From NCBI RefSeq assembly GCF_006345805.1, contig NW_021825821.1:124001-188000 (forward strand): a stretch of DNA of 64,000 bases, given 5' to 3'. The stretch's first letter is position 1, and every line of letters begins with the position of its first letter. Of the stretch, positions 11,915 through 25,036 are shown piece by piece. The stretch is from Octopus sinensis (taxonomy: Eukaryota). The notes under the pieces are model-generated. The model saw only the letters and a program-made list of their open reading frames with translations, ran no database searches and was not told the DNA's origin. The translations under genes were made by a program, and so were the position numbers.

Positions 11915-13287
11915 ATGGTTTTATTTGTCGTATTTCAATTGTTTCTTTTTGGAAACGCCCTTGATAATGGGCTGGCACTCGTCCCCCCAAAGGGCTGGCT
12001 CAGTTGGCAATATATTCGATGCAACACAAATTGCGTTGAAAATCCTGACGGGTGTCTCAAGTGAGTGACTACTTAATTTTAATTTAGTGAAAATTTAATC
12101 AAAAAAACGGCTGATTACTTGGTATCTACTGGACTAAGAGATGCTGGCTACGAATACATAATAATTGACGACTGCTGGATGCAAAAAACGAGAGACTCCA
12201 AAGGAAACCTTGTTGCCGACAAAAATAGGTTCCCTAACGGAATCAAATCTCTGGCAAACTACGTTCTAACACACAAATAAAATTTAAAGGTTCATCAAAA
12301 GGGATTAAAATTCGGAATATATGCCGATATGGGATTCTTTACTTGCCAAAACTATCCGGGATCTCTTTTATACCTTGAAAAAGATGCCTACACATTTGCA
12401 GAATGGGGCGTGGATTACCTAAAAATGGATGGTTGTTATGGAAATGCGATGGCCTACGACATAGGTACTGCCGAAGTGATTCACTAGGGAAGGATACCCG
12501 TTGATGAGTTTTTACCTTAACCAAACTGGGAGGCATATCGTGTTCTCGTGTAGCTGGCCTGCTTATGAAAAGAATGTCAGAAATTAAGTTAATAGTTTAG
12601 CCAAATTACACTAATGTGGCCAAAAATTGTAATCTATGGAGAAATGTTGAAGACATTGAAGACAGTTGGGACTCAGTGACTGCTATTCTTAACGAATACG
12701 CAAACAATAAGGGAAAGTTTCTACAGTTTTCTGCCCCAGGACAATTCAACGACCCTGACATGGTGATTTTTCTAATCTAAACTGTTGAAGCTGTTGGTAG
12801 GAGCTTTTGGACTGAGCGAGCAAGCTCAGCGAACTCAAATGATAATGTGGGCTATGTTGGCAGCTCCGCTTATGATCTCCACAGATGTTTCTTCTCTTAA
12901 CAAAAATGATATTGAATTACTGACCAACCCAAACATTTTGGCTATTAACAACGATCCTCTGGGAAAATCTGCCATTTTATATGAAAAGGTTTTCTCCTTA
13001 ATTGTCTATGTTAGAAAAAAGCAACGAGCGTGTGGGTTAAGCAGCTAGAAAATGACAAATTGGCTTTTGCTTTTACTAGTTTTGCAAATGGTGGAAACTA
13101 TTACCATTACACTACCAGGCTGAATACTTCTCTAAATTGCAAATATCGAGTTGTTGAATTGACAACTCAAAAAGAAATCGGATTTCTCAAAAGTGGTGAT
13201 AAGTTCACTGTCAGACTTTACCCATATGGCACATTTGCAGTTGTTCTTATTCCATATGATCTGTCTATTAAAATAGACATTAATTAA
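11915..13287 (+). CDS. NAGA: GH27 alpha-N-acetylgalactosaminidase, 7 exons, about 403 aa
   Basis: Signal peptide then [16 protein letters not shown]; YIIIDDCW; YLKMDGC (nucleophile); CSWPAY (NAGAL-type specificity loop; GLA has CEWPLY); [11 protein letters not shown]; FNDPDML. Six introns of 25-28 nt (e.g. 12061-12087) give an intact frame. Confidence 0.9.
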
Positions 13288-13360
13288 CATTTACTTTTAA
13301 CAAATAGTTTTTCGGTTTCTTATGTTTGCTATTGTTGTTGATTTAATTATTTACTTGTCA

Positions 13361-16004
13361 TTTGGTTGAGGTGGCGACGTACCTCTCTTGCACAATGTCT
13401 AAAACACACACAGTACAACCGGACAGGCTATCAATTCTATCCTTTAACGTTCGTGGACTCTGCCAGACCTGGAAACAACAAGCACTCTGTAATGACATGG
13501 ATAAATATCGTGCGGACATCGGCTGTCTACAAGAGACCAAACAAAAATCTGGAATGGACCTAACCTATGGAAATTACCGAATGATCTTGCTACCCTCCGA
13601 CTGCAGACACTATGGACAAGGTTTTGTGATTCACAAGAGGCTCGGGGTCAAACGCTGGTGGAGAATTACAGATAGGATTTCAGCAGTCCAAGTACAAATC
13701 GGCGGTAAAGGCAGGCCCAATGCAGTCGCAACGGTCATTAACGTATACGCCCCGCATAGTGGCAGAATCGTCAACGCGCCTGAAGAAATCGATGAATTCT
13801 ATGAGGTACTGACCCGGACATACCTATCCTTACAATCGTCTATCCTCCTGCTCGTCGTCGGCGACTGGAACGCCAAGGCTGGCATCCGTCGAGGCACTGA
13901 AACTTTTATTGGACGGCACGAAAGAGGATATAGAAACCTCCCAGGAGCCCTATTGGCTAATTTCTGTAAAACACTCGGGCTATTCCTATGCAACACGGCC
14001 TTTGATCACCCTGCTCGGCACAAGTCTACCTGGACTGGCAGGAGACGTGGTGAAGACGGGAACTATGTGCCGATCTACAACCAAATTGACTACATTTTGT
14101 GTCGCCAAAGAAACACATGGCTTCTACAAGACTCTCGTTCTTACAGGGGCTCGGTCGTTGACAGTGACCACAAGATAGTCATCGACAGATTCAATCTGAA
14201 GAAATTATATGTGCTGGATAAAACAAATCGTCAATTCCTTCATAAATCGGACAGATACTTGACAGAAAAACTTGCTCCCTCACTATTGACTCGAAACCTC
14301 TATAAATCATCCATCGATGAATCCCTTAAAAACATGGAAACTGGACTTATGCCTTCAGCCGCTTGGAAGGCAATGTCAGCCAACATTCATTCGGCGGCAA
14401 ATAAATATGTTGGAAAGCAGCCAAAAAATACGCACTCTATCGGGCTATGTCACCCGGATACTCCTGCCTTGTCAGTTGTGCAAAAGGAGCTTAAGCTGAG
14501 GACTGAGAACACCAAAGATATGGATACCAAACTCGCACTGAAAGGCCGGCGTGCTGTCATCCAAAAACAAATAAAGACCCTAAACCTCCAATATGGCCGG
14601 GATATCCTGACTTCCCGTCTTGGAGAACTGGAAACCCTCAAAGATAATGCACGCACGTTTATGGCCTTACGGTTGTTTAAGAGGAAGAAAAACCGCCCCA
14701 AACTTCGACTCCAAACCAGTAATGGTGTTCAAATATCTGACCCGGGAGAACAGGTGGGAGTCATTGCGGACTATTTTGAACAACGATTTAACGCTAACAC
14801 CAAACAAATCTCCCCTTTCTCTGGCCCAGCACGACGACTGAAGAATTCAATCTCCTTGAAAGAAGTTACAAAGGCTGTTAGCAGGCTCAAGAATAACCGA
14901 GCTGCGGGACCGGACAACATTAATGCGGAGCTGCTGAAATACGGAGCCGAATCTCTTCTATGCAACATCACGAACACCTCAACGATATGTTTGCTACAAA
15001 TGACTCACTCCCGCTGGGCTCTGGAGTTCTCATCCCTATTCAAAAGCCGAACAAACCTCTTGGTCCAGTAGAAAACCTTCGCCCAGTCATTTTGCTAAAC
15101 TCCCTGAGGAAGGTTCTCTCGCTGATTGTGCTGGATCGTGACAAGTCAATAACTGAAGTAATTTACGCTGACGACGTCGACTTTGTGTCCACTGACAAAT
15201 CCGCCCTACTCAGACTATTGGAGATTGCACCGGATAAACTTGGAGAATGGTTCTTAATCATGAACACGGACAAGACTGACGTGGTCGATGTATCACGCTC
15301 GGATACCCAAACTATGGAAAAATTGAGACTTTCGAAGAAGCTTGGCTCTCTGCTTGGAGACCGAGAAGACATCATGCGGAAAAAGCTACTGGCCGCTATT
15401 GCTCTAAAATCCGTCATGAAAGATTGGCTACGATATTGCCCCGGGAACCCATCACTACGCTCTAGAATCTACAACGCTATTGTACAACTTTTGTCAAACC
15501 GGTACTATTGTACAACTCATCTACATGGGGCATCTCTGACACCGAACTAAAGAATCTTGACTCGTTTCACAGAAAACAGCTTCGCGCCCTAAATGGTCTG
15601 CATTGGCCTAAGAAAATTAACAACTCATCGCTCTACAAACTCAGTAACTCGGTGCCAGTCAGCCAGGACATCATAGATGGCCGCTGGAGGCTCTTCGGAC
15701 ACGTCCTAAAAATGGACCCGTCCTCACCTGCTTACCAAGCCATGGAAGAGTACTTTCTCTCGGATAGCCCAAAGTTTCGCGGACGTCCCCTCACAACACT
15801 GCCGGTTGCGCTGGAACACGATCTGAAACACGTGGGCAAAACCCTAAAAAAATGCGAGGACTTGGACGAACTGCGATGGCTTGCACAAAACCGCAGAGGA
15901 TGGCAAACGATGGTTAATAAGATTGTATCGTGTGTGGCACGTGTGGGAATATAACTCTTTCCTTTCCTTGTTTATGTTTCTACGGGAAGTGCTAATAATA
16001 ATAA
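13361..16004 (+). mobile_element. RTE-clade LINE with APE endonuclease, an internally deleted RT and a (TAA)n tail
   Basis: LSFNVRG, CLQET, VGDWNAK, NQIDYIL, SDH motifs; LRPVILLN and YADD; GRWRLFGHV..FRGRP; (TAA)4 tail; possible TSD TACTTG(T/G)CA at 13352-13360 and 16005-16013. Confidence 0.9.
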
Positions 16005-16039
16005 TACTTGGCACAAACGGGACTACTCAAACGATCTTT

Positions 16040-19000
16040 GGTCCTGTTGTTGTTGGGTAACCCCGATCTCACATTCAGTTATGAGACCAACAGCTTGCAG
16101 AAACAACAGCGCCCTCCTTGGTTGCTCCCTTAGGACGTCCGGGGAATGAATGGGAAATTTTTTGCGGAGCGAAAGAAGACCAGGACAGCGGAATAGATGG
16201 GCAGCTGTGTGCTCGTCAGCACAGCAAATTGGACAAAAGGGGGAGATCGAGATGTCCATTTTGTGTGCATAGTGGTTTAATGAGGAGTGATGACCAGAAC
16301 GGAAACGAACCAAGTTTGTCTGAATCGAACGGTCGAAAAGCAATTCAGAAAGGTGAACCTCAGGAGGAGCTTTATTGAGTACAGAGTTAGGCGTCAGCTT
16401 AAGAATTGCTGACGTAGATATCGAATCGTGAATTCTCTTCATTGGATATGGACATTGCAGGCCATCAATTTTAGCTAGGATCCGGGAATGTAGATTCGCC
16501 TGCGTGTTATTCACTGAACGAGAATTTCTGTTTAGCACATGTAAGGCAGAGCAAGGATGATAGGGAATTCGATATGCAAATAAAAATTGCGCTCCTTTCA
16601 TATTTAGATGATCATCAATTGGGAAAAGGTTTGTTTCACAATGGAGGTTATCAATTGGGGTTGATTTCAGACACTTAGATATTGTGCGCATAGCCTTTTT
16701 TGTACTGGTTGAAGTGCCATTGTCGAGTTTATGGATAGGCAGGGCGCCCAGCTTGGACTCTGCATAACTTAATACTGTTTGTAAACTCGTTTGAGAAGTG
16801 GCTTCCGTTGAGCGACAACTCGTCTACGAAGAAAAATATTTTAAGGGTAAATAAAATAAAATTTTAAAACAATTACTTCTTATTCTGAACTTTTAAACCA
16901 AATCAAACCATCAATTAGCTTAAAATAGCAATCTACTTCAAATTCATGAAAATTTTCACATGCTATTCTCAGTTCAAGTTCCTTTTTGCAGTCTGTCGCA
17001 GACACTTCAAGATACCTTCCTGACTTAATTTGTGTCATCTTAACAAAAAGTCTTTGTTCTTCCTTGGCCAAAACATTGACAAAAGCTGCCAAATTTGGGT
17101 GCGCTCTGTTAAAAGAACTGTTCAACAGCTTATGCCAACCTTCCAATGAATTGGTCGTCCTGGGCATTGACTTTAATACCCGATGAAAACAACTCAAAAA
17201 CTGACGTCATAAGATGAGTCAGCAATAAATTTTTTTTTAAAAATAAATCAAAAAATTTATTATTTGTTGGTTGTTTTCTTTTTCTGTCGCATCCAGTGAA
17301 AATTTTTCAAATTCCAATAAAACATTTTCCACGGGGATAAAAGCTAAATGGTAGCATTTCCTCAATAATTTTCGTTCTCACGATGAAACGTCTTTGTAGG
17401 CTCCCACAAGACCAAGACATTGTATTTTCCGCCATATGATTTGGCCGAAATGGAAATTGCAGCCAAATACATTAGACGACAAAGAAACTGATTTTGTGGA
17501 GTTAATTAACCCCTTTTCAAAATCAATTAAAATACTTGCTGATGAAGTAACAACAAGTGTCTTTATTTCTTCAAATAATGCACAGTAGGCATTTTCTGTT
17601 TTGTTGAGCAAAAGAGCGTGCGCAAGAGGCCAGAATTTACCTAAGTATTTTCCTTGTATTGTAATCATTTGTTCGAATTGATTAGGCACGCTTTTAAAGG
17701 TACCATCAATAACCCAGATATCTGATTTTCTCAAAGTGTCAACCTGATAATCTGAACAAAAAATGGCGTAACGATTTACATCATTAATTCCAGAATCCTT
17801 GCGATAAAAAATTTCGCCCCGATCATTATACCACAAACTTTCAGGAATTTCAGGAATAATTGCAACAAAATTTGGCATCAGTGTTTCTCTTTCCCGTTGA
17901 ACGAGACGAGTCAATGAACGTTCTTTTGGCAAGATTTTAATGACGTCAACATTGGCTAAAAAGAGGCTTCTTGACACCGCATTCATAGTTCTGTCTTCTG
18001 ACGCCTTTGCGGCATCTTTCAGGTCAGAAACTAGTTTCATGATTTTATCTCATGATTCTCAAATTTTAATTAATTTAGATTTAATCTGGTAAAAATAAAA
18101 TTTTTTATTTATTTTAAGTAGGCGAGTTGTCGCCAAATAAATTTAGGCGAGTTGTCGCATAGCCGTTTATGGATAGGCAGGGCGCCCAGCTTGGACTTGC
18201 ATAACTTAACACTGTTTGTAAACTCGTTTGAGAAGTGGCTTCTGGACGCCTGTAATGTGACCACTTATTGCTTTTAATATGTTTGTGCATCTGTTTGCCT
18301 TTTCAGAAATATTAGAGACATACTTGTTGAAAAACATAGTTGGATCAAAAGTAAGTCCGAGGATTGTAGGGTTTGAATAATGGAAGGTCAGAACCAAAGA
18401 GAGATAACTTCGGATTTGATTGTCTTCTGTCTGAAGAAAATAAGGTGACCGATGATTTTGAGGGCGAAGCCTCGAGTTTGTACTCAATGAACCAATTCTG
18501 AACGGAGTATAGTTGTTGCTGGATGTTTAAAGAGGCTGATATGTAATCTGCTTGTTTAGAAGCAATAATAATGTCATCTTCGTAAAATAATGTCAAGTTG
18601 TTTGGGTCGTTAGCCGGAAAGTCGTGTAAATATAGGTTGAACAGGGATGGAGACAATAAAGAACCCTGCGGTACCCCATTTGGAAGATAGCGTTGTTTTG
18701 AACGGTGGTCCATAAGGGAAACGTATTCCATTCGACCAGATAAGAAGTTTGCAAGCCAGGATTAAAGTTTGAGTTTAGGTCTGTCTTTAAAATTTTGTTG
18801 ATGAGTCCATACCGAGGGACGCTGTCAAACGCCTTTGAGATATCGATCGAAACTAGTACTGTTCGTTTTGGGAGTCTCTTCTCATTGAAGCCGTCCAGGA
18901 CAGATTGCGAAAGTGTTGTTAAGCGAGTAGTTGTTGAGTGAGGTAATTTAAAACCATGTTGAATTTGGGAAGTTGGCACATTTTTTAATATTCGGGCAAG

Positions 19001-20830
19001 GATTAGTCTTTCAAAAATTTTAGCTAGCGTACACAGAAGAGAGATTGGGCGGTAGGAACTTGGAATGCCAGCCGGTTTGTTTGGTTTGATGAATGGAATG
19101 ATACATGATTTCTTCCAGAGTGATGGTATTTCGTTTTTCGCAACAGAATTGTTGAAAATAAAGACTATTGCTTTGATAGCATTAAGGCCTAATTTTTCGA
19201 GATGATGGATTGAAATGTTGTCAGGGACAGTTGCACGGGAATTTTTGGAGTTTTTAATGCATTGCGAGTCTTCCTCCGCAGTGAAAGTCCATATAGAATT
19301 TTTGACGGGAAGTCTTTTAAAAGATTTGGTTACTTTCTGGTCGTTTTTGTTAGATGTTGTGTGACTTAATGAAGTGTAATATTTCATTAGTGTGTTAGCC
19401 TGCTGAACCGGATTGAGTGTCGTATCTGAACGGGGACGAGAAACAACAGACTCATGCGATTTTGGCTTTTCGAACATCAGTTCATTCATTCCTTTAAGGT
19501 TGACCAAATTTTGGAGTAATTGGATCTGTAATCAATAGAAGCAATAAATTGACTCCACTTCGAGTCAATATGCTGATTTATGGCAGCAGTTATTTGTTTG
19601 TTTAGATTCCTCAGTTCTATAAAGGACACAGCAGATTTCCATTTTCCCGTTTCAGTTTGTTACGGGTCTTTATAAGGGCGTTTACTTCGTGGCTGTAACT
19701 TTGGGAGCAATTTTGTATAATTCCCTGAGGAATGAATTTTTTGGAGGTGAAAATGATAAGTACATTGAGATAATTGACTGCCCCGTCAGTCAAACGAAAG
19801 TTGATAATGTCGAAATCATTCAATGATTTTTCTAGAGCGAGACGTTAGTCGTCCCAGGAAGCTCTTTTGTAATTCGTATAACAACGACGTTGAATGTCGA
19901 TGTTGGATTTTAGGGCATTCTCAATAATAATCGGGTTGTGGTCAGAATTTAGGTCGTAAATGACCTTCCAAAAAGTAACAGGGGCCAGAATTGGAGTACA
20001 CAGCGATATGTCGGGAGAAGAAATTGCATTACCTTTCCTTGACGGTGTTCTGATGTGAGATGAGGGATTGTTGAGGATGACTAAACTATCAAATTGGTAG
20101 TGATCCTCTTGAGTTGAGAGATTGATTTTTTAGCCATATCGGGCTCTTTGCGTTCATATAACCATAAATAATAACATTGTCGAGAGACTGGAGGTTTTGA
20201 ATAGAAGGGGTCTATCCATGAGAACATGAGGAGTGAGGATGAGTCTCCTGGTTGATGACCCTGTAGAGACAGTTATAGCTGTCATTTCAATCACTGAATC
20301 GTTGTCAATTAGCGAGTAGGCTTGGGAGGTACAGTTAGTGAACGGGATGGATTTTTTGATAAGAGTTAGTAGGCCACCCCCATTTACAGAGCCCGGTCTG
20401 TCCCGACAGACGTATGAGTAACCAGGGAAATCTGGCAAGGGATTTTTGGTCGAGAGCTTCGTTTCTTGCACCAAAGCAATGTCCACGCCGTGCTTCTCCA
20501 GGAAGAAATAAAGTTCAGCAGTCAATCCCATTGATGTTGATCTGCAAGATACATAATAGATTCTTCGATTTGGTTCAATGTCTCTGGAAAGGAGAAGGGC
20601 GAGTTTGATAAGAAAAGAGATCCTTAGGAGCAACGGCTTCGTGCCTGCTCTGCTGCCACCGACGTCGCGGAATCGATCCGATCCGACAGGGGAGTAGTTG
20701 TGGGTCTTTCCGTAGTTTCAAACTATCATCTTTCATCTTTGGTCTTGTGAATGTGCTATTAATGAATACTCTCTTCTTTTGTGCTTTATTGAGCGAATAA
20801 TGTTTAAGAATTGTCTCGACCTCTTCCTCC
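16040..20830 (-). mobile_element. I-clade LINE (APE, RT, C-terminal CCHC; (CAA)n end), degraded and split by a MULE
   Basis: DIALVQETKL (20154 ORF); SYRPISLLCTLAKIFE..DISKAFD (18593 ORF); NGVPQGSLLSP..YEDD (18345 ORF); RFRSGHH..CPIC..EHTAAHLFRC (16023 ORF). Confidence 0.88.
16806..18164 (-). mobile_element. MULE (Mutator-like) DNA transposon, internally deleted, one end truncated
   Basis: IDGTFKSVP, IDFEKGL, GCNFHFGQIIWRKIQ, RTTNSLEGWH; TIR motif GCGACAACTCG(C/T)CTA once on the left and twice, inverted, on the right. Confidence 0.87.
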
Positions 20831-21329
20831 TTCGATATCAGAGCTAAAATCCCTAAAAGGGACCACTAATAACATACTTTCATAAAAACAGTCGGCTTTC
20901 TAAGTGATAGTCGTACCGAAGTAACTAATGAACCAAGAAGCGTCCTCTAATTTATAATAAGCATATTAGTGAGAAGGAATTGACCATAGAAAATAACAAC
21001 CAGGAGATTAATAAGTCTTATTGATTTGTATGTGTTTGATTCAACATTTTGTCTCCTGAACCTATTAGTTTACATATATTAATATAATAAATCTAGAAAA
21101 TTGATAATAAAAAAGAATATAAATGGTTATTCTGATTTTCCTTCATCGTGTTGTTACCCAAATTGTGGGAATCTTTATTATTATTACGGTGTGAGCCACT
21201 TCGCTAATATTTTTGTACTAAACTTTATTTTTAACAAAAAGAATTTATGATTTTTGAAATTAATGTGTAAGCTTTTCTCCAAAACAATTCTTCCGAGTAA
21301 ATTAGACATTATTTTTTTTCTGTTGTGAG

Positions 21330-21747
21330 TAAAAATCATGTAATAGTACTGTAGAAAGTTAACATATATTTTGATTCTGCTTCTTTCTGTGATTAATATT
21401 TCAATTTTTTTAATCGTAAGTTCAGACAGGGGAACTTTTTTCAGGTCTCAATTTTTGAAATATTCGAAAACTTTGAAATCAAGATTTTTCAGCTTTTCGA
21501 AATCACTTTTATGTTCTGAAGAATTTAAATAAGTTCCAATATCAAGAAAAGAAGCAGCCTTTCTTGATCGTGAGATTGTATCCCTGCTAACTTTAAAGAT
21601 GTTCGCAATTCTACACTCTAAAGGATCGTTTTGGAATATTTCGAGTTTTTTTTCATAAGAGATTTTCATTTTAGGCATCTATATTTCAAAAAATTAAAAA
21701 AATGATTTTTATATACTATAAACATAAAATCGTAATTTACGGTACTG
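21330..21747 (-). mobile_element. pogo/Tigger-like N-terminal (HTH/CENP-B) remnant
   Basis: MPKMKISYEKKLEI...IANIFKVSRDTISR...LDFKVFEYF; CAGTACCGTAAA-like TIR at about 21747. Confidence 0.6.
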
Positions 21748-22199
21748 TTTCATTACTGCTCCACATGAGGGTCACGGGCTGCATCTATACATGCTGAGAG
21801 CCGCATGTTTGACACCCATGATATTTACAAATCGGTTTTAATGTGTTATGATTGTATTGAGGTTGATTACTAGCGGATAGTTGTGAAGATACTGCTGTCA
21901 TAAGCTCGTCGATTTTGGGACCGGTCAAAAAATCGGCGAATTCAAGACAATTTAAATTTTAAATAATCCATTCTAATTGAAAGTTACAATCTTTAAAATC
22001 TATACAATTTTTAGCAATTCATTTATCTGAACAACGAGTTATCGACACTCTTGCAGGTAAGGAGATATTTAGTAGGCATATCTCTGCGAATCGTGTTGTC
22101 CCCCTTGGGGACCGCAAAGTGACCCAAAAGATACCTCGGTGGCAACTCAGGAGTGAGGTTAAAAGTTGCATCAATCGCGCTATTTTACGCGATCATGCG

Positions 22200-22440
22200 T
22201 AAGCCTCCAGAGACAATGAAGGCAGAGGGGAAGCGTGCATATTGGCCGACCCCGAGTTGTATAATAGAATTAGTTGTACGGATGCATTATACAGGAGTAT
22301 CAGAAGATTTAAGGAGATAAGTTTTCTACGTGTCCAGATAGTCCACACTTCATGTCCATTCTCCACATTGGCTAAGAGTTTCCTTTCTATTGCAGTTGAT
22401 CTAACTTCAATATCCATTTGTCTTTATGCCTTGTTTTTTT
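22200..22440 (-). mobile_element. RTE post-RT fragment
   Basis: WTIWTRRKLISLN..LYNASV..LLYNSG. Confidence 0.6.
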
Positions 22441-22719
22441 GATTCTTTTTCACTATTTTCTGAATTTTCTGAAAATTGTGATTTTTGATATATATTTAAA
22501 AATCTGCATTATTAAAATATCGAAAATGTCTGTTCTTCTGATTGTTCTATTATTGTCAATATAGATTTTATCCCTTCTCATTTTTCCCATCAAGTTATTG
22601 TATCTATGGTGGGTTTCCTAGTGTCATCGAAAACAGTTTCGAGCTCAAATAGGCCAAAATTATTTTATTAGATATTTTACGTCAAAATAACTTTAAATTT
22701 TCATTTTTGTAGTTTTCAA

Positions 22720-23400
22720 GTCTATGCGCCCACGATGGTGAGGGTCTCTACAAACCCTGACGAACTGGATTTGTCTATATGTCACTATCGGACACTATTT
22801 CTGGCCTGAAAGGCTCGTATATGACCTTTATATGTGGAGATTGGAATTCGAAAGTTGGCCACTGTCCTTGGAGAGAACCCTGTATGGACAGGCATGGGAA
22901 AAGAAATATGTCAGGGGAGTCCCTCGTTCAATTCTGCAACGTGTTTGACTACTTCATCTGCAACTCGGCAGTTCACCATAATGGAGACACAAGACCACAT
23001 GGTCCGAATGCAATCTCCACGGACATGGATTTGTTATACATTGTTGTCTTAATGCAGAGCAACGAATAAGGTTATACAACTCGTATATAAAGTTGGTACT
23101 TGTATACAACTCGGGTTTATGGGGAGTCACGGAAATTGTACTCTCCGACACAATCGGTCTAATAAGCACTGAAATTATTGAATAAAAATGGAGGCTATAT
23201 GGGCATGTACTGGACATAAACACTCCTGCATACACTACAACGGATAATTACTTTAACAATGAAAACAAGACATCGTTCAAACATAGAGTCACTCTTCCTG
23301 TTGTTCTAAACAAGGATCTTAATAAAATTGGGAAAACTCAAATGTGCGGACGACCTATAAGAACTACGAGCAGACACGAAAAACAGACACCGATGGAGAA
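22720..23400 (+). mobile_element. RTE endonuclease fragment, degraded
   Basis: VYAP..; ICGDWNSKVG..GRHGKRNMSGESLVQFC..ICNS. Confidence 0.65.
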
Positions 23401-23559
23401 GCTTGCTGAATAGAATGTCGAAACGTGTGGCACAAACGGAACCGTAGTTAATTTATATTCTTTGGTTCTGTGAACGTAATTTTAATAATAATTCTACAAT
23501 TATTACTCGGACTCTATTACAGTGACAATGCATAATTGGTATCAAACTAGTGAGAGAAT

Positions 23560-24950
23560 ACAAAATAGTCAGCTTCTTACTTGCGGCTGGTTTCCTACAA
23601 GATAGGGAAGCCGGGGACTAACTAACACAATCCAAATCATCGAATCCATGTGGCTTAAACTCCATGGTACCCACATAATAATCAAGCAATGAAATAGCAT
23701 ACTCATTCAATGCATTGAATAAATTCACAGCATTTAAACAAGTTTTACATAACATTGCTACACGCACTCCATCTATTTTTTAGTTTCAACAAGAATGAGC
23801 GATTTGGGGCTTTCTATGTTCCCGAGGCATATATACCCCTCGCAATCCTCCAAGACTTTTACCAGATTGCCTAAAAATTGCAAATTGGTTTTCGACTTGG
23901 AGAAATTTAGTTCCAATCCTATTTGCCCCAAAAATTCGCTTACGCATTTTCCCATAGAGTTAATTTGATTTGAGTACCGAGCAAACAACTTAATATCGTC
24001 AAAGAAACAAGGTGGTTTGTGTTAAGGACATGTCCCCAGTGAGTTATTGACAGATTTTCGTGTCTTCTATTGAAAAAACTACTCAATGATTCGAGGCAGA
24101 GTGAAAAGAGCACATGCTATCTCCTTGTAGAATCCCCCTATACCTCGCCAATTGTTATTATATTTGAGATGAAAACTCTACTCACAACTTTAACAAAACT
24201 ACCACACAGGCAGACACAGCTTGTAAAAACAATCAATGAGGTGTGCATGATCTACGGAATCAAATGTCTGTTTAACATCTACCCACATAAGTGAGTTTTC
24301 GTAAACAATTCCTGCTCTTTTGCACACTGGCAATTAATGACAGTTTCGGGCTGATTCTCGGACAGAATACCACTAACCTCAACAAATCCGCTGACCTCGT
24401 TAGACATCAACTTAGTCATTAGTTTGTATGAGGTGGGCATAGAGGTTATCGATATAATCTTTTTGAGACGTTGGAAAAAAGCACTTTTGGTGTTAAATAA
24501 GTAACACCACTGCACAGGCACCTCCTTACACTCGCCACTACCGACCTCAGTGTAGCAGTCCGCGATACCATCGTCTGGGTACTCGGCCAGTTGTGCGAGC
24601 ACGTCGGCGACCTCCCTTTCGAGCACATTGCCGACACACTCCGCAGGTGTCTCACCAACGAACCACGAGAGGCCAGCAATGCCTGCTACGTGACCATTCT
24701 AATTGACTTGTAGGCACTGTCCACTCTTGCTTGCACTGCTCCTCACTGCTTCTTCACAATCTGTTCAACGCACTCTTTGTCCGGTACACTACACACTCCG
24801 ACTTGGCGTACTACGAGAATCTGATCTGTGATAACCCACGCCCCCAACATACTGCCCACACACGACATGTCTCGTGTCCTCTCACATTACTTCCCTCTCA
24901 TCGTGCAATACCTCCAACTGACGCTTTTATTTGTTGAGGGAGTGACATTC
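23560..24950 (-). mobile_element. R4/Dong-like RT remnant, heavily degraded
   Basis: GVTYLTPK; ITSMPTSYKLMTK..LSENQ..CQCAKEQ; IGLELNFSKS..EGYICLG; all align to ORF 43919. Confidence 0.72.
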
Positions 24951-25036
24951 TCCTCTCCTTATTATCTCCATTGGCCCATCTACTCTGTTTAATTTAAGTT
25001 TAGTTGTTTATAAAATAATAAAATATAAGTGGTGAT

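Noticed and set aside
22095-22196. Cluster of three 6-bp hairpins as a structured ncRNA
   Set aside because: The stems are short, there are no family motifs, and it lies among retroelement debris; chance cannot be excluded.
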